Below, in pieces: positions 10,817 to 20,098 of a stretch of DNA of 64,000 nucleotides. Position 1 is the stretch's first letter. Every line of letters starts with the position of its first letter. The notes beneath the pieces are model-generated. The model made no database searches. It worked only from the letters and a program-made list of their open reading frames with translations, and was not told the origin of the DNA. The position numbers and the translations under genes were made by a program. Source of the stretch: an uncultured Cryomorphaceae bacterium (GTDB taxonomy: Bacteria > Bacteroidota > Bacteroidia > Flavobacteriales_D > SKUL01); contig CAZARI010000004.1 of NCBI GenBank assembly GCA_964487545.1, positions 42,365 to 106,364 of the forward strand, read 5' to 3'.

Positions 10817-11467
10817 TTATTTGTTGGTTTTTGATTGAGCGATAATCGTGTGTACTCCTGTTTCATAATCCTTGTTTAGGATAGTCAACAAAGTATTAAA
10901 ATCTTTTGGATTTTTTACAAAATCGATCGAATTTATATCCAAAATTAACACTTTTATGTCCTTTTGGCTGCGAAGATATTGCAGGTATCTTTGCTGCACC
11001 CGGTCGAGATACTCTGCTGAAATTTGCTGTTCATAACTTCTCCCTCGCTGTCTTATATTTTCGAGTAGCCGCTCAACATCCATATACAAATACACGAGCA
11101 GGTCAGGTCGCGGAAGGTTGCTAAACATGATTTCAAAGAGTCGGTGAAACAAACCGTATTCATCTTCGACCAAGTTATTACCCGCAAAAATGAGCGATTT
11201 GGCAATAAAGTAGTCAGCAACGATCTGGTTCTGAAACAAACTCGGTGATGACAATTGCGCCCGCAGTTGGTGGTATCGATCGGCTAAAAAATAGAGCTCA
11301 ACAGAAAAGGCGTGCCGCTCAGGGTTCTCATAAAACTTCTCCAAAAACGGATTATCGGCAAATTCCTCCAACAGCAAGCGCGCGTTCCATTGTTCGGCCA
11401 GCATTTTGGCAAATGTGGTTTTTCCCGCCCCTATATTACCCTCAATGGCTATAAAATTTCGCTTCAT
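10817..11467 (-). CDS. Deoxynucleoside kinase
   Basis: P-loop IAIEGNIGAGKTT followed by EEFADNPFLEKFY, a dNK-family signature. I prefer the start MKRNF at 11467, which forms an ATGA overlap with the folK stop. Confidence 0.8.
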   Translation of the reverse strand: MKRNFIAIEGNIGAGKTTFAKMLAEQWNARLLLEEFADNPFLEKFYENPERHAFSVELYFLADRYHQLRAQLSSPSLFQNQIVADYFIAKSLIFAGNNLVEDEYGLFHRLFEIMFSNLPRPDLLVYLYMDVERLLENIRQRGRSYEQQISAEYLDRVQQRYLQYLRSQKDIKVLILDINSIDFVKNPKDFNTLLTILNKDYETGVHTIIAQSKTNK

Positions 11468-11946
11468 ATTTTTCTGATAACCTCCTGATCCGGACATTCT
11501 ATTAATAATTCTCCGACCGTTTTACCAAACACCGGATGAACCCAGTTGGCCGCTATTTCTGCCGACGGAACAAGAACAAACTTTCGCAGGTGCATCCGCG
11601 GATGTGGCACCGTTAGCATTTCACTTTCCACCTGCTCATTGCCTGCCAGCAGTAGGTCGATATCCACAATGCGAGAATGGTATTTACCTTTATCTCCGCG
11701 AGTCCTACCGAGGCTCAACTCTACAGCAAGCAACTGCTTCATCAGCGGTAATGGGCCAACATCGGTATCAACTACAAGCGCCTTGTTGTAAAACCAATTG
11801 TCGGTTTCGAATCCCCACGGAGAAGTTTCATAAACAGCAGATTCCTGTAGTATAAACACACCAACTTGCACTAATTCTGCACGGGCAGCGTTTAAATTCT
11901 TCAGGCGGTCGCCAAGGTTTGACCCAAATGACAGCAGGTATTTCAC
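11464..11946 (-). CDS. folK: 2-amino-4-hydroxy-6-hydroxymethyldihydropteridine pyrophosphokinase
   Basis: 160 aa with typical HPPK layout (LSFGSNLGDR...SPWG...RIVDIDLL...PHPRMHLRKFVL). Confidence 0.85.
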   Translation of the reverse strand: MKYLLSFGSNLGDRLKNLNAARAELVQVGVFILQESAVYETSPWGFETDNWFYNKALVVDTDVGPLPLMKQLLAVELSLGRTRGDKGKYHSRIVDIDLLLAGNEQVESEMLTVPHPRMHLRKFVLVPSAEIAANWVHPVFGKTVGELLIECPDQEVIRKI

Positions 11947-12037
11947 GCGCCAAAATTAAAGATTTATCCTATCTAACCATTCAACAGCATCGCTGCCCTT
12001 TGGTGTATTTTCACTTAGTACTTATAGGTTGAAAAAG

Positions 12038-12045
12038 TAATTTTG
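12038..12045 (+). promoter_or_regulatory. Candidate Bacteroidota -7 promoter box for sppA
   Basis: TAATTTTG matches the TAnnTTTG consensus and lies 67 nt upstream of the sppA ATG. I found no clear -33 TTG at the right spacing. Confidence 0.3.
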
Positions 12046-12054
12046 ACACACTCA

Positions 12055-12072
12055 TAATCGATAAATCGATTA
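12055..12072. promoter_or_regulatory. 18-bp perfect palindrome (candidate operator)
   Basis: TAATCGAT-AA-ATCGATTA lies between the candidate -7 box and the sppA start. Confidence 0.3.
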
Positions 12073-12111
12073 CCAACCTTTGATTTAAACAGAAATTTAA
12101 AAGCTAACCCC

Positions 12112-13926
12112 ATGAAACAATTCTTGAAATTCATGTTCGCCTCGATGCTTGGTTTCGTCGTATCGGGCGTTATTCTAATTTTCATCTTTATTGGTGTTGT
12201 TGCCGGTCTGATAAGTTCATCATTCGAATCGGCATATGACCAAACCAAGGAAGTTGACGACAACTCCGTGCTGCACATTGAGCTGAACGAGGTGGTGACC
12301 GACCGCGCCAATGAACACGATTTTAACATCGAATTTCCGGGTTTTAAAACCGAACGAAAAATCGGTCTGAACAAAACCCTCGAATACATTAGAAAAGCTG
12401 GAGATGATGACAAAATTAAAGGCATCTACCTTGATCTCTCGTGGGTGAATGCCGGTTTAGCATCGCTCGAAGAAATCCGCAATGCACTATTAGACTTCAA
12501 AGAAAGCGGAAAGTGGATTATCAGCTTCAGCGAAGGATATAACCTATCGAGCTATTACCTCGCTTCAGTGGCCGATGAAATTTACATTTATCCCGAAGGC
12601 AACATGGATTTTCGCGGGCTGCAGTCGGAAATTATGTTTTTACGCGGCACGCTGGAAAAACTGGACATCGAACCGCAAATTATTCGCGGCCCTGACAACA
12701 AATACAAAAGTGCGGTGGAACCGCTGATTTACGATAAAATGAGCGACTCGAACCGCGAGCAAATTCAAGCTCTGATCGATTCAGCTTGGGACCACTACCT
12801 CTCATCCATTGCCAATTCACAAGGGATTTCTGTGGCTGAGCTCGATACCATTGCCGAAAGGATGTTGATCAGAACACCACAAGACGCTGTGAAATATGGT
12901 CTGGCAACTAAAACCATGTATAAGGATGAAATACTGGAGCTGCTGAGAGATCGTTTAGACGAGGATGAAATCGACGACTTGAACATGGTGAGCCTGAAAA
13001 GCTATTTCAACTCCCCAAGCCGGAAAAGTTCTGATGAGATTAAAAAATCATTGACAGGAACGAAACAGAAAATCGCTGTAGTATATGCCATCGGAGAAAT
13101 TCAAAGTGGTGAAGGCAGCGACAATGTGATTGGATCAGAAACCATCTCCAAGGCCATACGTGAGGCTCGCACAGACTCTACGGTTAAGGCCATTGTTTTA
13201 CGCGTGAATTCACCAGGTGGAAGCGCGCTGGCATCGGACGTGATCTGGCGTGAAATGGCACTTGCCAAGGAAACCAAACCCGTGGTGGTTTCGATGGGCG
13301 ATGTAGCAGCCTCTGGTGGTTATTATATTGCCTGTGTGGCGGATAAAATCTTGGCCATGCCCAACACCATCACCGGATCAATTGGTGTGTTCGGCGTTGT
13401 TCCAAACATGGAGAATTTCTTCCACAACAAACTGGGCATCACTTTCGACGGGGTAAAAACCAACTCGTATGCCGATATGATGACTGTATCGCGTCCACTC
13501 AAAGAAAACGAGCTGGCCATTATCGAAGAGTCGGTTGAGAAGATTTACGATGATTTTATTTTAAAAGTGGCCGATGGACGTGGTCTTTCTCCGCTCAAGG
13601 TGGAGGAGGTTTCCAAAGGCCGTGTATGGACAGGAACCGACGCACTAAACAACGGGTTGGTCGATCAGCTCGGTGGATTGACAGAAGCTATTGAAGAAGC
13701 TAAATTGTTGGCAGAGCTCGACGAATATGAAATATTGAACCTGCCCAAACAGAAAGATCCGTTTGAAGAAATCATAAAGGAGCTTTCCGGTCAGGCACAA
13801 ACCTGGGCTGCAGGTGTGGTTCTGGGTGATGATGTTCGCACCCTGAACCGGTTCCGACAGATTCAAAATGTCCAAAAGATGGAAGGAATACAGATGCTGA
13901 TGCCCTATCAGATCGAGTTCAGATAA
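12112..13926 (+). CDS. sppA: Signal peptide peptidase SppA, 67K type
   Basis: 604 aa with an N-terminal TM segment and two ClpP-like halves. The second half carries VVSMGDVAASGGYYIA and the SIGV region. Confidence 0.85.
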   Translation: MKQFLKFMFASMLGFVVSGVILIFIFIGVVAGLISSSFESAYDQTKEVDDNSVLHIELNEVVTDRANEHDFNIEFPGFKTERKIGLNKTLEYIRKAGDDDKIKGIYLDLSWVNAGLASLEEIRNALLDFKESGKWIISFSEGYNLSSYYLASVADEIYIYPEGNMDFRGLQSEIMFLRGTLEKLDIEPQIIRGPDNKYKSAVEPLIYDKMSDSNREQIQALIDSAWDHYLSSIANSQGISVAELDTIAERMLIRTPQDAVKYGLATKTMYKDEILELLRDRLDEDEIDDLNMVSLKSYFNSPSRKSSDEIKKSLTGTKQKIAVVYAIGEIQSGEGSDNVIGSETISKAIREARTDSTVKAIVLRVNSPGGSALASDVIWREMALAKETKPVVVSMGDVAASGGYYIACVADKILAMPNTITGSIGVFGVVPNMENFFHNKLGITFDGVKTNSYADMMTVSRPLKENELAIIEESVEKIYDDFILKVADGRGLSPLKVEEVSKGRVWTGTDALNNGLVDQLGGLTEAIEEAKLLAELDEYEILNLPKQKDPFEEIIKELSGQAQTWAAGVVLGDDVRTLNRFRQIQNVQKMEGIQMLMPYQIEFR

Positions 13927-13950
13927 GCGATACAACCGCACTCATTTAAC

Positions 13951-13986
13951 ATCCCGCTTCAGTCTTGGAGCGGGATTTTTTTTTTT
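13951..13986 (+). terminator. Rho-independent terminator after sppA
   Basis: Stem atcccgct / agcgggat followed by a T-run of more than 10. Confidence 0.8.
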
Positions 13987-14029
13987 GCCTCACCCATCGT
14001 GATTGACAATAAGAAGGAATGGTTGGGGC

Positions 14030-14062
14030 AAAAGCAAAAAACCCCCCGAAAATTGGGAGGTT
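14030..14062 (-). terminator. Rho-independent terminator after tRNA-Glu
   Basis: On the minus strand, CCUCCC-AAUUUUC-GGGGGG (one G-U pair) followed by a U-run. Confidence 0.6.
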
Positions 14063-14065
14063 TTG

Positions 14066-14137
14066 TAGCCCGTAGGGGATTCGAACCCCTGCTACCAGGA
14101 TGAAAACCTGGCGTCCTAACCCCTAGACGAACGGGCC
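14066..14137 (-). tRNA. tRNA-Glu (anticodon UUC)
   Basis: The reverse complement reads GGCCCGTTCGTCTAGGGGTTAGGACGCCAGGTTTTCATCCTGGTAGCAGGGGTTCGAATCCCCTACGGGCTA. The anticodon loop TTTTCAT carries TTC. Confidence 0.9.
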
Positions 14138-14210
14138 AAAAGCTTTGTTTTGTTAAAGCGAGCGCAAAGGTAAACGAAATTCATATCTAACCAAAATTAT
14201 GAAGTGAATT

Positions 14211-14906
14211 TTATTCATCAAAGTCATCCATGTCCGATTGAAATCTGTAACCCACTCGCTTACCGGTGCTAAAAAAAGTACTCTGGTTAATCAATTTCAT
14301 CTCGCGCACGGTGACTTGCTGCACCTCATGATACGGCGGGCTATACAAATCGAAATCCAGGGTGTATAAAATGGCCACCTCTATCACATCTTGAATGCGT
14401 TGAGCGGTGAGTTCATCGTTGATAAAGTCGTTGAACTGCAAACTCAATGGCCGCTTTCCCTGAATGAAAAAATGCCGTTCCTTATTAACAAACAGCCGGC
14501 CTATCAAATAGCCCACATCGTTGGTGCGGTTGTGACGAAACGAATCTGCCAGAAAATTGTAAATGTAAATCGATCCGCAGTAGCCACGATTTTCATCTTC
14601 CTTTAGATAAGAAGTGTTCCATGCAGAATGATCTCCTTCGAACTGACTCACGTTGGTATTCATCACAAACACCAATAAGTCGCCTGCAATGGTGGTTTGG
14701 CAGACATAATCTCCGAGCTCCTCATACTTGATCCGCACCCGATTGTCCACTGCACACAGGTTTTCATCCAGCACCTGACTGTAATTTTCCAGCCGTTCTT
14801 TAATCTGGGCAAAAATGTCTTTTGTCAACACAAATACATCCTGCTTCAAACAAGATTTAGTGCTTAGCGTTTCAAGAATTTTCTGATGTGTGCTTGATGG
14901 GTTCAT
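14211..14906 (-). CDS. Hypothetical cytoplasmic protein with acidic C-terminus
   Basis: ORF 14211..15011. I prefer Met36 (MNPSSTHQK) at 14906, which leaves an 11-nt gap after the proS stop. No signal peptide and no motif I recognise. Confidence 0.5.
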   Translation of the reverse strand: MNPSSTHQKILETLSTKSCLKQDVFVLTKDIFAQIKERLENYSQVLDENLCAVDNRVRIKYEELGDYVCQTTIAGDLLVFVMNTNVSQFEGDHSAWNTSYLKEDENRGYCGSIYIYNFLADSFRHNRTNDVGYLIGRLFVNKERHFFIQGKRPLSLQFNDFINDELTAQRIQDVIEVAILYTLDFDLYSPPYHEVQQVTVREMKLINQSTFFSTGKRVGYRFQSDMDDFDE

Positions 14907-14917
14907 ATCTTCGGTTT

Positions 14918-16393
14918 CTAATAAGCTCTGGCGAACAGCACCCGTCCTTCTGAGGGCTTTCCTGAATAGATGCACTGTCCTTTCTCCTCCATGCGTTTGA
15001 GTGGAATACACCGAATGGTTGCTTTGGTTTCCTGTTTAATTTTCTCTTCCGTTTCAGGGGTTCCGTCCCAATGCGCCCAGATAAATCCACCTGTGGTATC
15101 AAGGATTTTCCGGAATGTTTCGTAATCGTCTGCTTTGTGTGTGTTTTCCTGCTGATGCTTCAGTGCTCGAGAGTACAGGTTTTTCTGAATATCATCCAAC
15201 AGCCCAACGACTCGATCTTCAATAGAATCAAGCGATACCACTTCTTTTTCGCGGGTATCACGACGGGCAACCTCTACCGTTCCGTTCTCCAGATCTCGCG
15301 GTCCTATTGCAATCCTCACCGGAACACCTTTCAATTCGTATTCAGCAAATTTCCACCCTGGCTTTCGTTTGTCATCGTCATCGAGTTTTACTGACAGTCC
15401 GCGCTTTTTCAACTCGGTGAGCACCGGTTCAGCTGCGGCAACGATGGCTTTTAACTGCTCCTCATTTTTGTAGATGGGCACAATTACTACCTGTAAAGGC
15501 GCAAGTTTTGGTGGCAAAACCAATCCCTGATCGTCGGAGTGCGTCATGACTAGTGCTCCCATTAGCCGCGTGGAAACACCCCACGAGGTAGCCCACACAA
15601 AGGACGACTCTCCCTGCTGATCGACATACTTCACATCGAATGCTTTGGCGAAATTCTGACCCAAGAAATGGGATGTACCGGCTTGCAACGCCTTGCCATC
15701 CTGCATCATCGCTTCGATACACAAGGTATCCACCGCTCCCGCAAAACGCTCACTTTCGGTTTTTCTTCCTTTAATCACAGGCATGGCCATCCATTCTTCT
15801 GCAAAATTGGCATAAACCTCAAGCATTTTAGCCGTTTCTTCTCTTGCTTCTTGCTCAGTAGCGTGGGCCGTGTGACCTTCTTGCCATAAAAACTCAGCGG
15901 TTCGCAAAAACAATCGCGTTCTCATTTCCCAGCGCATAACATTGGCCCACTGGTTAATAAGTATCGGCAAGTCGCGGTATGACTGAATCCAATTGCGATA
16001 GGAGTTCCAGATAATCGTTTCGGAGGTGGGTCGAATAATGAGCTCTTCTTCGAGTTTAGAATCAGGATCTACCACCACTCCTTTACCATCTTCGCTGGTC
16101 TTTAGTCGGTAGTGCGTAACCACAGCACATTCCTTGGCGAAACCTTCAACGTGTGAAGCTTCCTTGCTCAAATAAGATTTTGGAATCAGTAGCGGAAAAT
16201 AGGCGTTTACGTGCCCGGTTTCTTTAAACTTGTCGTCAAGTGCACGTTGCATTTTTTCCCAAACCGCATAACCGTTTGGCTTGATAATCATGCAACCGCG
16301 AACCTCGGAATGCTCTGCCATGTCGGCTCTGATAACAATATCATTATACCATTTTGAATAGTCTTCCGATCGTGCTGTTATCTCCTTGCTCAT
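14918..16393 (-). CDS. proS: Proline--tRNA ligase (archaeal/eukaryote-like type lacking the INS editing domain)
   Basis: 491 aa with class II aaRS motifs ([23 protein letters not shown]), an anticodon-binding domain and a C-terminal ...ARAY end. Confidence 0.9.
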   Translation of the reverse strand: MSKEITARSEDYSKWYNDIVIRADMAEHSEVRGCMIIKPNGYAVWEKMQRALDDKFKETGHVNAYFPLLIPKSYLSKEASHVEGFAKECAVVTHYRLKTSEDGKGVVVDPDSKLEEELIIRPTSETIIWNSYRNWIQSYRDLPILINQWANVMRWEMRTRLFLRTAEFLWQEGHTAHATEQEAREETAKMLEVYANFAEEWMAMPVIKGRKTESERFAGAVDTLCIEAMMQDGKALQAGTSHFLGQNFAKAFDVKYVDQQGESSFVWATSWGVSTRLMGALVMTHSDDQGLVLPPKLAPLQVVIVPIYKNEEQLKAIVAAAEPVLTELKKRGLSVKLDDDDKRKPGWKFAEYELKGVPVRIAIGPRDLENGTVEVARRDTREKEVVSLDSIEDRVVGLLDDIQKNLYSRALKHQQENTHKADDYETFRKILDTTGGFIWAHWDGTPETEEKIKQETKATIRCIPLKRMEEKGQCIYSGKPSEGRVLFARAY

Positions 16394-16529
16394 AGTCTTA
16401 AATTATGGTATAAATCTTGTATGTTGAATGGCAGTAACAATATAATTCACCGCTCATGGTTATCTCCTTATTTCGACGTAATTTTAGTGTGAAATTTGGA
16501 GTCCAAAGGTGAACAAAATCGACGAAGTT

Positions 16530-17726
16530 ATGAAGCAATTTGGAATTTACATAGCAGCCGCCCTTCTAATGACAGCCTGTGCAAATCAAGGAAATTTGGC
16601 AAGCTACGATGATGACGGAATCTATGCACGTCCGGGCAAGAAGCAAGCAACATCCGCCACACCGGCTGACGCCTATTACTTTGTTGATGAGGAGCCACAG
16701 GCCGATGGTCAATATTACGGTTCGGAAGACCATGCCTCGGCCGGCGAAGATGATTACGTGGCAGAAGCCAAGAGTCTACCTTCAGAAAGTGGCCGGGCGT
16801 ACAGCAGCCAGCGATACAATTCGCCAACTTATTATGCAGCCTATACATCGCACGTTCCTGTAACGATGCGGCTTGGCTATTCGAGTTTCCACGACCCCTT
16901 TGCCTATGGCGGCGGATTTGGTGTTAGCGTAGGATACGGATACGGTTTTTACGATCCATGGTGGGGTTATTATGATCCCTGGAATCCTTGGTATCGTCCG
17001 CATCCTTGGGGACGGTCATGGTACTCATGGAACACCTGGCATCCTTATGGTTATTATGGTTATGGAATGGGTTATGGCGCGGGTTATGCCCACGGATATT
17101 CAAACGGCTACTACCATGGTGTAAATTCCTATAACAACAACTACTGGGGAGAACACAACAGTTCACAGGCATATACCGGCCGTCGTCCGGCTTTTGGAGG
17201 TGGCAGTTTTGGCACCACTCCACCGGGAACTACAGGACCAAGGGGCAGAAGCACTTTTGAGTCACCCCAGAGAACACCGGCTCAGAGTGGCCGTGACATC
17301 AGAGGAATCGACCGCGATCGATCGCGGACTACCACCCCTGAAAGATCTCCCACCAGAGAAAACCCAGCGATAAACAACCGTCGCCCCGTCAATCCAAACG
17401 CTACCCGCCGTCCGGCTGACAGCCGTGACAATCGTCAGGATATACGTTGGGGCAATGGATCGAGAACACCAGACATGAACCGTGGTGGCAGCACCCAGCC
17501 CGGACGTCAGGGAGTAACTCCACCAGCCAGAGGGAACGACTCCTATACACGACCATCCGCACCTTCCAGAAATAATTATTCCCAGCCGGCGGCTCCTTCT
17601 AGAAATAACACGATGAGCAGACCGAGTACACCGTCGAGAAACGTAGCACCCAGTAGTCCATCACCAAGTCGTTCTTCGGGCAGTTCAGGCGGATCACGAG
17701 GTAACAGCACAGGAGGAAGACGATAA
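16530..17726 (+). CDS. Low-complexity lipoprotein (Tyr/Gly/Trp-rich core, Arg/Ser/Pro/Thr/Asn-rich tail)
   Basis: The ORF track begins at GTG 16509. I prefer ATG 16530 (MKQFGIYIAAALLMTAC, a lipobox). Extreme composition bias is visible directly in the translation. Confidence 0.6.
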   Translation: MKQFGIYIAAALLMTACANQGNLASYDDDGIYARPGKKQATSATPADAYYFVDEEPQADGQYYGSEDHASAGEDDYVAEAKSLPSESGRAYSSQRYNSPTYYAAYTSHVPVTMRLGYSSFHDPFAYGGGFGVSVGYGYGFYDPWWGYYDPWNPWYRPHPWGRSWYSWNTWHPYGYYGYGMGYGAGYAHGYSNGYYHGVNSYNNNYWGEHNSSQAYTGRRPAFGGGSFGTTPPGTTGPRGRSTFESPQRTPAQSGRDIRGIDRDRSRTTTPERSPTRENPAINNRRPVNPNATRRPADSRDNRQDIRWGNGSRTPDMNRGGSTQPGRQGVTPPARGNDSYTRPSAPSRNNYSQPAAPSRNNTMSRPSTPSRNVAPSSPSPSRSSGSSGGSRGNSTGGRR

Positions 17727-19264
17727 TGACTTTGAGATTCTTAGCCTTACTTTCCTCAGCCTTCGTACTGACGTTGTCATCTTACGGGCAAGGTTTGGAT
17801 GATGCACTGCGCTTTAGCCAAAGCTCATTACACGGTTCGGCTCGGTTTAATGCCATGGGTGGCGCTTTTACGGCCCTGGGGGGAGAACTGGGAGCAATTC
17901 ACCTTAACCCGGCTTCAGTGAGCGTGTTTACGAAAAATGAAATCGGGTTTACCCTTGGAATCGGGCACACCAGTATTAATACTGAATACTACAGTGATAC
18001 GAAAAACGCCCAGTACGGCAAACCCAACATTAATAATATGGGTATTGTTTTTTCGAGTGAACTGGAAAATCCCGACTGGACAAACCTCAATATTGGCATC
18101 ACTTTTTCCCGAACAAACGACTTTAACAGAAGGATTAAATACTCTGCCGAGCAAGACGAACACAGCTATGCGCAGTTTCTGGTAGATTGGGCAAATCACT
18201 CCAGACCTCCTAACTACAACAGCCCGGGCACCGTTGACGATCTGTACTACGACTTTCCCTTTGATGCGTATCCGGCCTACTCGTCGTATATTATCAACAA
18301 CTTTGTGAATGCCGATGGGGATGATGAGTATTACTCACCAATTGACTGGGGGGAAAAAGTAAAACAAGAATTCAGTCTTGAAGAGTCTGGACGAAGTTCT
18401 GAAATGATGCTTTCGATTGGGTCATCATATCGCGACAAACTTTATCTAGGATTCGGACTGAAGGTTGGAACTTTCGCATTGACCCGAAAGGTCGATCACA
18501 TGGAGACGCCCGAAATTCAAGATGAAATTTTGAGGCATTCATTCCAATCCGAACTAGAAACACGTGGAACATCCTACAGCCTTTCGGGTGGAATTATTGC
18601 CAGAATTTCGGATATGTTCAGGGTGGGGATTTCGGCGCAGACCCCCCATTTCTATGTGCACAATGAATATTTCAGAACCATTCACAACGCGCAACTCACC
18701 GGGGCGTATTTGAGTAATGCCGACACCACTGGCGGTGCCGGCGCCTCTGCCAGTCCCGAAGGCAACTTTAGGTACAACTTTCACACCCCTTGGGTATTTA
18801 ATACTGGCGTAGCAGCTGTTTTCGGCCCGCGGTCCATCCTTAGTGTTGATTATGAATTTCGGAACTACAGTTCGGGAAAATTTAAACGAAACTCCAGAAG
18901 CAGCAGTAGTGAAAATTTCGAATTTCAAAACGAGGACATCAAGAACGTATTGGGTATCACGCATAACTTTCGTGCGGGATTTGAGTACCGTTTACTTCCG
19001 TTAAGCCTGCGCGCTGGTTATAATTATTCTATGGATCCGGTTAAGCGCTCATATCGCGGTAGCTTTGATCGCGGCTCCCATCAGATTTCGCTCGGTGCGG
19101 GGATGCGATTTGAGAGAATTTTTCTCGATGTATCGTACTACTATCACATGACCGAATCGCCCTACGCCTTCTACGACACTGGCTATCTGGTGGGACAAAG
19201 CAAATTTGCCGCGATGGATATCGTCCGACACGGAATTGCATTCAGCATTGGGATACGGTATTAG
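17726..19264 (+). CDS. FadL/TodX-like outer-membrane beta-barrel protein
   Basis: 512 aa with a signal peptide. The N-terminal GSARFNAMGGAFTALGGELGAIHLNPAS resembles the FadL/Toluene_X hatch motif. The C-terminus ends in aromatic ...SIGIRY. The start overlaps the upstream stop (TAATG). Confidence 0.5.
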   Translation: MTLRFLALLSSAFVLTLSSYGQGLDDALRFSQSSLHGSARFNAMGGAFTALGGELGAIHLNPASVSVFTKNEIGFTLGIGHTSINTEYYSDTKNAQYGKPNINNMGIVFSSELENPDWTNLNIGITFSRTNDFNRRIKYSAEQDEHSYAQFLVDWANHSRPPNYNSPGTVDDLYYDFPFDAYPAYSSYIINNFVNADGDDEYYSPIDWGEKVKQEFSLEESGRSSEMMLSIGSSYRDKLYLGFGLKVGTFALTRKVDHMETPEIQDEILRHSFQSELETRGTSYSLSGGIIARISDMFRVGISAQTPHFYVHNEYFRTIHNAQLTGAYLSNADTTGGAGASASPEGNFRYNFHTPWVFNTGVAAVFGPRSILSVDYEFRNYSSGKFKRNSRSSSSENFEFQNEDIKNVLGITHNFRAGFEYRLLPLSLRAGYNYSMDPVKRSYRGSFDRGSHQISLGAGMRFERIFLDVSYYYHMTESPYAFYDTGYLVGQSKFAAMDIVRHGIAFSIGIRY

Positions 19265-19284
19265 AAAAGAAACTTACAAGAATT

Positions 19285-19316
19285 AAAAAAGGGGCTGCGA
19301 GCCCCTTTTTTTTTTG
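19285..19316. terminator. Bidirectional rho-independent terminator
   Basis: aaaaaaggggctgcgagcccctttttttttt has a GC stem flanked by A- and T-runs. It sits between convergent genes. Confidence 0.8.
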
Positions 19317-19339
19317 TATTACCAACTGAACCTGTGGTA

Positions 19340-20095
19340 TTATTCCTCAATGGGATCAATTTCGTCATCGACCAAAATTCGGCCGCAATGCTCACAAACC
19401 AGAATTTTTTTGTGGGTACGGATATCGAGTTGACGCTGGGGTGGAATCTTGTTGAAGCATCCGCCACAAGCATCCCGATCGATGGTTACAACCGCCAAAC
19501 CATTCTTTGCATTTTCCCGGATACGGTGATACGCGTTTAGCAAACGGTCTTCGATTATCTTTTCTGCTTCGGTTGCCCGTTTTTCCAGATCCTGCTCTTC
19601 TTTCTCAGTCTCAGCCGTGATGGCTTCGAGCTCCGCCTTTTTCAGCTCCAGGTCTTTTTCGCGACCATCCAGAACTTCAGTAGACTCAGTGAGCACCTCC
19701 TTTTTGTTCTCGATGGCAAACTGCGTTTCTTTTATTCGTTTCTCGGCGAGCTGAATTTCGAGTGACTGGTATTCGATTTCTTTGGAAAGCGAATCAAACT
19801 CGCGATTGTTGCGAACCTTTTCCTGCTGTGTGGTGTATTTCTTGATGAGCTCCTGACTCTCCTGAATTGCATTTTTACGCTCCGAAACACTGAATTCCAG
19901 CTCTTTAATCTCTTGCTCCAGTTTTTCCTTTCGGGTTCGAAGACCTTCAATCTCGTCTTCCAAGTCTTCTACTTCCAATGGAAGCTCACCTCGGACGGTG
20001 CGTATTTTATCGAGCGAGGAATGTATTTTTTGCAACGTGTAAAGAGCGCTCAGTTTCTGCTCTACAACATTCTCTGTTTTGGTTGCCTTAGCCAT
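19340..20095 (-). CDS. Coiled-coil C4 zinc-ribbon protein (COG1579/DUF164-like)
   Basis: 251 aa with a long heptad-rich region and C-terminal CGGC...CEHC. It follows a NIF3 gene after a 3-nt gap, a pairing I recognise as common. Confidence 0.7.
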   Translation of the reverse strand: MAKATKTENVVEQKLSALYTLQKIHSSLDKIRTVRGELPLEVEDLEDEIEGLRTRKEKLEQEIKELEFSVSERKNAIQESQELIKKYTTQQEKVRNNREFDSLSKEIEYQSLEIQLAEKRIKETQFAIENKKEVLTESTEVLDGREKDLELKKAELEAITAETEKEEQDLEKRATEAEKIIEDRLLNAYHRIRENAKNGLAVVTIDRDACGGCFNKIPPQRQLDIRTHKKILVCEHCGRILVDDEIDPIEE

Positions 20096-20098
20096 CGA

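Noticed and set aside
14907-15011. Long N-terminal extensions offered by the ORF track here, and likewise at 59434..59550 (era), 57177..57260, 21194..21262, 34369..34470 and 6822..6899.
   Set aside because: Each extension overlaps the neighbouring gene or a tRNA. Each is followed by an internal Met that begins a proper signal peptide or conserved N-terminal motif, so I used the shorter starts.
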